64,000 nt of DNA. It comes from Octopus sinensis (taxonomy: Eukaryota). Under the pieces are notes generated by a model. It saw only the letters and a list, made by a program, of their open reading frames with translations, ran no database searches and had not been told where the DNA came from. The stretch lies in NCBI RefSeq assembly GCF_006345805.1, contig NC_043001.1, forward strand, positions 77,934,001 to 77,998,000. Reading direction: 5' to 3'. Positions 56,112 to 64,000 of this stretch are shown here, one piece after another. The first letter of the stretch is position 1. The number at the start of each line of letters is the position of its first letter. Made by a program: the position numbers and the translations under genes.

Positions 56112-56177
56112 GTACGCATGGGACTCGAGCCCACACCTCTATGTAATCTCGTGAAGTGTGCTACCATTACACTGACG
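56112..56177 (-). mobile_element. tRNA-like SINE head remnant
   Basis: Minus strand has GTGTAATGG (A-box-like) and GGGCTCGAGTCCC (B-box-like); no complete cloverleaf. Confidence 0.45.
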
Positions 56178-56329
56178 TATTTGTATCAATGTGCGTGTAT
56201 GTTGTGTGTGCGCGGCCGTGTGTTTGAGTAAACGTAACTTTGTGTGCCAATATGTATGTTTAGTTCCAGTGCTGTCGTCATGTTGAGTCACCACCGCACA
56301 AAGAGAACAGCAATCGGAATAATTCATAA

Positions 56330-56390
<61 letters not shown>

Positions 56391-56609
56391 ACAAATGGAG
56401 CCGTTTCAAGCGATCCATTTAATTGAAGAATGCAATCGTTACATCAATTTAATCGCAGGGCTATCACTAACTGCAGAAATAAATTGCATTTTAATCAGTC
56501 GGACGCATTAATATAATTTTACTCATATACTTTAACAGAGCAAGTATATGAAAGAAACCCACGTTGTCGCTATTGTAGCTAAGAATATACTACACATCTA
56601 AGAAAAGCA

Positions 56610-57300
56610 TGAAGGTTGTTGGGGTCATAACTTGTAAAGGACTGTGGTTCTTTTCTAACGTATTTGTCTTTTATCAACTACTAAATCTAAGAATTAGAGG
56701 ATTGTGTCTGTTTGGAATGAAGAGTAAGAGGTATGGTCATAAATATTGTCAACGTGTGAGAATCGTCTTGGCATATGCGGACATTGTCATACTGTCGAAA
56801 GTCAGATACATAGACCAGGTTCGCACTGCTTTAAAAGAATACAAGCCGGTGACAGAAGCCAAAATTAATCAAGCAAACTGAATGCGCTTGCAGTTCGGCA
56901 CCTAGAGATGTAGTTCCTTGCCGTCTGATGACGTCGTGGGATGCTGGACCGAGGGGGCCAATTGAATTTCTCGGGGTCTGATTTTGGTTCGGATCTTCAG
57001 GTGAAGAAGAACTGGGATGACGTGAATAGATGATTAAATAATCTCAGCCAGAAATTGGTCAGAGGTGGCGAATGCATTCATTGCATCCGTTATATATTAC
57101 TGCCTGTCCATCGAGCTTCGCTCCAGTTTACGTTTAATCAAGCTCGAACGCCTAATCATCTGCTTTCATTGGAAGAGATTCATTCCACTGGTCAGGCGCT
57201 TAATTTGCTGTCGACACCTCCTGAATGGAAGATGGGACTTCCGTGGCTGCTGGAGTGTAGGAAATATAAGATCGCACTTTTGATGCAGGTCTGAAGAAGA
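56610..57300 (+). mobile_element. Older Tx1-clade RT fragment
   Basis: LAYADI (YADD position), EAKINQ, CWTEGPIEFLGV*FGSDLQVKKNW, EVANAFIASVIYY, KLERLI, GLPWL; colinear with 10600-11010. Confidence 0.8.
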
Positions 57301-57907
57301 GCCACTCTAAAGTGAAAAACCCAAGTATTACATAAATTTTTGACTTGGAAATTTTGTGTGAGCTGGCGTTGAAAGCAGATTTGGTACAGAAACAATTGTA
57401 ACGGAACATTAAAGATGTGATAAAGTGTTTGTCTTCTTATTTGGATTGTGCACACACACTCATGCACACGCACACTCACACACTCTCTCATACTACCTTA
57501 CACACACATTTATATGCACACATCTGTATATACATGTATGTACATATATGACACTCTCTACACAATATATCTCTATAAAATTATACACACAAACACAAAC
57601 GCACAAACACACACACATGTTTATGTAATTCTATAATAATAGATATAAATTCAAAATTTAGAACGTATATTCATATATATATATATTAACATACATATAT
57701 ACGTGTGTGTGATGTGTGTGTGCCATACCCCTATCTATGTCACTCCATTATGTAAATCAATATGTGCATGCGTCCCTAATATGTGTATGTCTCTCTGAAC
57801 GCAATTCACACGTACACACAGAGTTATATATATACATACACAGATATATACTTACATAGATATGTGTATATATGTATGTATATATGGATATATATGTATA
57901 TATGTAG

Positions 57908-57945
<38 letters not shown>

Positions 57946-58079
57946 ATATCCATGTATGTATGTGATATATATATATGTATATATATATATATACATACAT
58001 ACATATATACACACACACATATATATATACATATAATATATATATATTTATATTATATATATAATATATTATATATAAT

Positions 58080-58110
<31 letters not shown>

Positions 58111-58141
58111 ACATACACACACACATATATATATATATATG

Positions 58142-58204
<63 letters not shown>

Positions 58205-58669
58205 ATATTATATAATATATATATAATATATATATTATATATAGATCAACGGGAATCATCTATAAGTGCGGGCATCTATCATATACATGTATGAATGCAA
58301 ATTGGTTAATGTATAAGAATCTGGAGGATAAAAGGCGACTGCTACGTGCAGGTGTCTTCTCTGTACAAGGCTGTAGGACTTTGTATTAAAGAGAAGAAGA
58401 AGATAGAGCGTACTGAGGAATCATGGGAAATGCTCTGCATTATTCATTTTACCTGTACAATTCCCTAACTTGACATCTCTACTGTTACTCGTACATACCT
58501 GAACATATACAGAAGTGTATGCAGTCATATGTATTATATGTATACATCCATCCATTCATATGTATGTGTGTATATATATATACTCTTATGTATCTATATG
58601 TATATCTTACTATCTACCTACCGATCTGTCTGTCTGTTTTTTCTGTCTCTATCGCTCTGTGTGTGTGTA

Positions 58670-58704
<35 letters not shown>

Positions 58705-58760
58705 ACATGTATGTTTCTATCTCCATCTAGATAGCCATTTATGTCTTTCTTTCTGTCTGC

Positions 58761-58859
<99 letters not shown>

Positions 58860-58955
58860 ACTGCCTGTGTGTCTGTCTGTCTATCTACCTCTGTATCCAT
58901 ATATCTTCTCTTTATCAATATCTGGATGCACGCATTCTTATGTATGCATATATAT

Positions 58956-58989
<34 letters not shown>

Positions 58990-59025
58990 ATATATATATA
59001 TATATTATATATATATATATGATAT

Positions 59026-59077
<52 letters not shown>

Positions 59078-60281
59078 ATACGTATAAGTTTGACTAAATG
59101 TTTATATGTGTATATATTTGGTTTTCAATGTATCTGTATACGCATATCTGTATATGTGCATTATTTCGCATCGCATTGTGTACATTATTAGTGTATTAAC
59201 ACTGCGGGCTGCAACTTGGCTCACCAATTGATTTATCTCTGCTTGCAATGTGATCGCAAACAGCTATACACCTCTGCATCATTCGACATCCATCCACACC
59301 GACGGCACCCTTCCATATCTGGCCTTCTCCAACGTCTTCTCTCCGGCATTTCCAAACACGATGAATTGAACACCTTCCACCTTCAACAACGCCCTGTGTC
59401 ATTCAAAATAAGCCGCCGTCTTTTATTCGAGAACCACCCTGCCATCTTTTACTACATCCAACCTTTATTTCAATCTACTCTTCACTGTATAGAAATATGT
59501 ACTCGATCCCAGTCACACGCAAACTCACATTCACACACAAATATGCACGCACATATACACACACTGAAGAATACCCAGTTACATACACACACACTGACAA
59601 AAATAGAGGCGTAACCACACGCACATATAATCTCACACACAGAGACACGCACGGATAAAAAGACACACACAGAAACCTACTCACACCAACAAAAACACAT
59701 GCACACAAACGCACGCTCACGCACACCAGCACATTCACAAATGCCCACACAAATATAATCACTCTGACAATGACATATGCACATAAGCACGCGCAGAAAT
59801 ACACACACACACACACACACACACATCTACACAAGTGTACACACACAAGAATGCACCCACGCAAATACGCGTACGACACACAGACACACATACAAACCCG
59901 CACTCAATACACACACACAGACAAACACATATAGTGAAAGACACACACCGAAACTCACAAAGAAACCCACAAGCACAAAGACACATATACAACAAGACGC
60001 CCACACTTACACGGAAACACACAAACACTTTATCATGCTCACAAACATACTCACACAATTACTCCTCTCAGACACACAATACTTCTTTAATATATCTTGT
60101 ATATCATCCTCACTCTCTCTCTTTGTCGTTGTCATCCACCCTTATTTCCAGTTATGTACGAAAATACAACACACACCTGTACGTGTGCAACTCACGATAT
60201 AAACACATACATATACGAACATAGACGCTCAAAGAGTCACACGCTACTTTACAAGATAAGTCTTTCTCACTCTCTCTCACG

Positions 60282-60362
<81 letters not shown>

Positions 60363-61184
60363 CATCTATCTATCTATCTATCTTCTCTATCTATCTATCT
60401 ACAACCAACTATACCCACCACTGATATTAATACAAGCATTGCCGAATATTTAACATATATAGTAACATTTACTATATCGTATATAATTACATATGGTATA
60501 GAATATATAATCATACATAATATAAATAATCATACATAACGCTTAATATATACATACATGAGTATATATATATACACACATATATACATATACATTCACA
60601 CATATGTGTGTATATGTATATGTACACACCACACACACACACACATATATATATATATAATATTTGTGTGTGTGTGTGTCTTTATAATGTAATATATAGA
60701 AGATGTAAGCATATATAATATGGCGCATGAAAAACATCATGCCAGCAACAAAGCTGACAGCACACCAATTGCACTAGTGAGCACAGCAAGTTATTGTGCA
60801 TTCATTGTATAGATTGATTCAACAATGACATTAATTTGCCCCAAGGTACCCCATCCAAAGGAACTTTACCGAAACAATACAGTTGTCCTCAAGGATATTT
60901 CACTATTAACTATCAGGTATTCGGGACACATTTTTCTAACTATATACACCAGTATACAATTGGATGGATAGTTTCCTTCTTTACATCTTTCATTATCTAT
61001 TTCCTTCCTTTTCTATCTTATTATCTCTCTCTCTCTCTTTCTCTGTCTCTTTCTCTATCTCTCTGTCTCTTTCTCTCTTATTTTCCGTCTTCCTTTTTCT
61101 ATTCTCGTTTACTCAATACTAAACCGCCATCTTTTTTAATGCAGAATTCTTTGAAAAATGCTATAAACTTGTTTCATATGATCT

Positions 61185-61470
61185 CGTATTAACATTCTTC
61201 TTCTTCTTCTTCTTCTTCTTCTTCTTCTTCTTCTCTTCTTCTTCTTCCCATACACCTTCTCCCCGCTTCTTCTCCTTCGCCTCCTCTTCCACTTCCTTCT
61301 TTATCTTATTTTCAAACGTCTTCCACCACCACCACCACACCACCACCACCACCACCGTCATCCAACACTACAACTACCACCGCCGCCGCCGCTACCACCA
61401 CTACCATGACTACTACTACTATACTACTACTACTACTACTACTACTCTACTACTACTACTACTGCCACCA
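61185..61470. repeat. (TTC)n, (CCA)n and (CTA)n microsatellites
   Basis: Direct reading. Confidence 0.9.
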
Positions 61471-61919
61471 ACAACATACCGACGACCACCACACACTCCT
61501 CTCCCTCATTTTTCTCTTTCTCCATCCGTTTCCCCGAGTTTTCCTTCTCTCTGAACATCATGACTCTTCTTCCTGTTTCTGTCACTCTCTCTTCTCTATT
61601 TTTTTTTCTTTGTTAAGATCTCGCTATTTCTAGACTATTTTCATTATCTTGTATTCATCTCTTTAAGCATTCAATACTTAACTTATGCGCATATTCATGT
61701 ATGTATGTATGGTTGAATGTATGTTTTCATATATATATAGGTACTTGTGCATCACTCTATAACTCTGATTCCGTCTACCTCTCGGACCTCTTTCTCGCAT
61801 ACTTACATAAGCTACCTGATTTACACTCATTGTTTATTTGTTTCTTTCTTTTCTTGTCTCGCGCTCTCTTTCTCTATCTCTGTACCCGTCTCTCTTTACC
61901 TAGATGTCTAGCTCTCTGT

Positions 61920-61993
<74 letters not shown>

Positions 61994-62233
61994 GTCTGTC
62001 TGTCTGTCAGTCTGTCTGTGTGTCTATCTATCTATCTATCTATGTATCTATGTATCTATGTATCTATCTATCTATTTATCTATCTATTTATCTATCTATT
62101 TGTATAATCACACACACAGGCACACACATCATATACATATACATACATACATACATACAGACACACACATATACGTATATATATATATACACACACAAAC
62201 ATATGTCTATCTATCCATCTTTTCATCTATTCT

Positions 62234-62274
<41 letters not shown>

Positions 62275-62341
62275 ATCTCTATCCATCTATCTATCTATCC
62301 ATCTTTTCATCTATTCTTCTATCTATCTATCTATCTATTCT

Positions 62342-62395
<54 letters not shown>

Positions 62396-62400
62396 AATTT
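61920..62400. repeat. (TCTA)n/(TCTG)n-rich tract
   Basis: Direct reading. Confidence 0.9.
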
Positions 62401-62798
62401 ATCTATCTTCCTCAATATTTCCCATTTATCTCTTTATATTTCTCCTCATTTAAATTCATCTCCCTCTTCCATACATACAAATTTATCTCAGCCACGATCT
62501 CCCCTCATTGCTCCACTCTTATCACAACCGATAACTGAAATTGTGGTTCTCGTTTTCTCTTCCCAATATCTTCCTCACAATTTCAGGGACTCTTTCGCAT
62601 TCTCTCTTATTCTGGATTTGACCTAGATGTAGGGCAAACGTGCAAACTCAACTCCATAGACGCTAATCAAGTGTTCGTGTGACGATTGATTATCAAACCA
62701 TATTGAACAGCGTCTATTCCCTCTCCAATTTGTAGTCTCAGAGTCGTTTGATTCGATTAGATAGCAGCCAAATGTGAAAGAATATATATGAACAAAGA

Positions 62799-62847
<49 letters not shown>

Positions 62848-63036
62848 GTGTGTGTGTGAGTGTATGTGTGTCTGTGAGGGTGTAAGCGTGTGTGTGTGTG
62901 TGTGTGAGAAAGTGTGTGTATGTAAGTATGTGCGTGCGTGAGTGCGTGTATGTGTGAGTGCGCGCGTATACGCCTTTACATATGTGCGTGTGAATGTGTA
63001 CGTATGTTGGTGTGTGACTGTGTGTATGTGTGTGTG

Positions 63037-63067
<31 letters not shown>

Positions 63068-63319
63068 TCTCACTACATTCCTTTATGAAGTTGGAAACGT
63101 TGCTACCAATATCAATCCAGAAGTGTTTGAACGAAACCACGTGAATAGTCAAATTAGATATTTTTCCTATACATTACGAGTTTTCCCCAAAATGTATAGA
63201 CGTTGAGTGATTATAATGCGAGTGTTTAATAAAATACACTTAATTTTCAAATACAATAGTATCTACAGACCTTTTAATTTCATATTTTATGAGCACCAGT
63301 TTTCAAACAGATGACCGTT

Positions 63320-64000
63320 CTACTCCATGCACTGCTGATTACGCGAAGTAATGGCAGAACCAACATAAAAGCAACAAAAAATTCATTTGGTATTTGTGCG
63401 CATTCTCGTTTAATAGCTACCGTGAATCAGTCGACTGTTGCTGGTCATGAATCTTAAACCGTCATAAAGAAAAGTCTAGTGCTGGTGTGGTCTAGTGAGC
63501 GCAGAGTGTCTTCTACTAAACCACCTCGTTCAATCCACTTATTTGGCATAATAACATCAAGGTAGGTAGGCCCTTACATTATCATTTTAGTGTTGGGTTA
63601 CCTAAAAACCCACAATTTCTAGTCGCTGCAATTTCATGAAATGAGACCAGTCGCAGTACTGTCAAAAAGCTTGGACCTCTTAATCCTTTTGATCATAATA
63701 TTTACTGTACTGTAACAGCTGGATAATTGACATGGTGTCTCTCTGTAATGTGTGAATGCTCAGATCCCCAGAAAGTGCAATTGTGGCGGTTAACTGAACC
63801 ATTTGATTTAAATATATCCTCATAATTTTTTGGAATGATTTCATCTTCTTAACATTTTAACAAGTCCCACTCGCAAAATTCCACTTTTCGGTGCTGATCG
63901 TCTACTACGAAGCATCTAGTGTTCTTGGAAGTTAAATTTTCAATGACAGCGCTTTATTATGCAATGGAGGATTAATTTTCAAATTCCAGTTAACATGCCG
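63320..64000 (-). pseudogene. Decayed Tc1/mariner-superfamily transposase, continuing beyond the window
   Basis: Minus translation gives [57 protein letters not shown]. Confidence 0.75.

Noticed and set aside
56112-56177. Possible tRNA gene
   Set aside because: A- and B-box-like motifs are present, but there is no acceptor stem or cloverleaf; treated as a SINE head remnant.
59196-59460. GC-richer unique island with a GTGAG donor-like site on the minus strand
   Set aside because: No recognisable protein in any frame; insufficient evidence for an exon.
62535-62586. 11-bp hairpin (CTGAAATTGTG/CACAATTTCAG) as a pre-miRNA
   Set aside because: The stem is too short and the loop is a long unpaired pyrimidine tract.

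Overview
Eukaryotic, AT-rich, microsatellite-saturated non-coding DNA. The SINE families and the (TA)n/(TCTA)n/(TACA)n load point to an octopus (coleoid cephalopod) genome; this is an inference from repeat content. I recognise no host protein-coding exon, and almost all of the ORF track is translated microsatellite. The window is a transposon graveyard: a 2.9 kb 5'-truncated Tx1-clade L1-like LINE inside a (TCTA)n array, a second Tx1 fragment, a decayed RTE LINE, five Tc1/mariner relics plus a mariner MITE, two Penelope-like (PLE) GIY-YIG fragments, and two tRNA-derived SINE families (one forming TSD-flanked trimers and a tandem array). There is one 100-N gap. The most notable signals are: (1) type I hammerhead ribozyme folds from several unrelated PLE-type termini, including two near-perfect palindromes that each carry a hammerhead on both strands; (2) a SINE whose 3' tail matches the 3' end of the Tx1 LINE and which occurs as TSD-flanked multimers; (3) apparent microsatellite-targeted retrotransposition into (TCTA)n and (TAA)n. 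All alignments and counts were done by eye.
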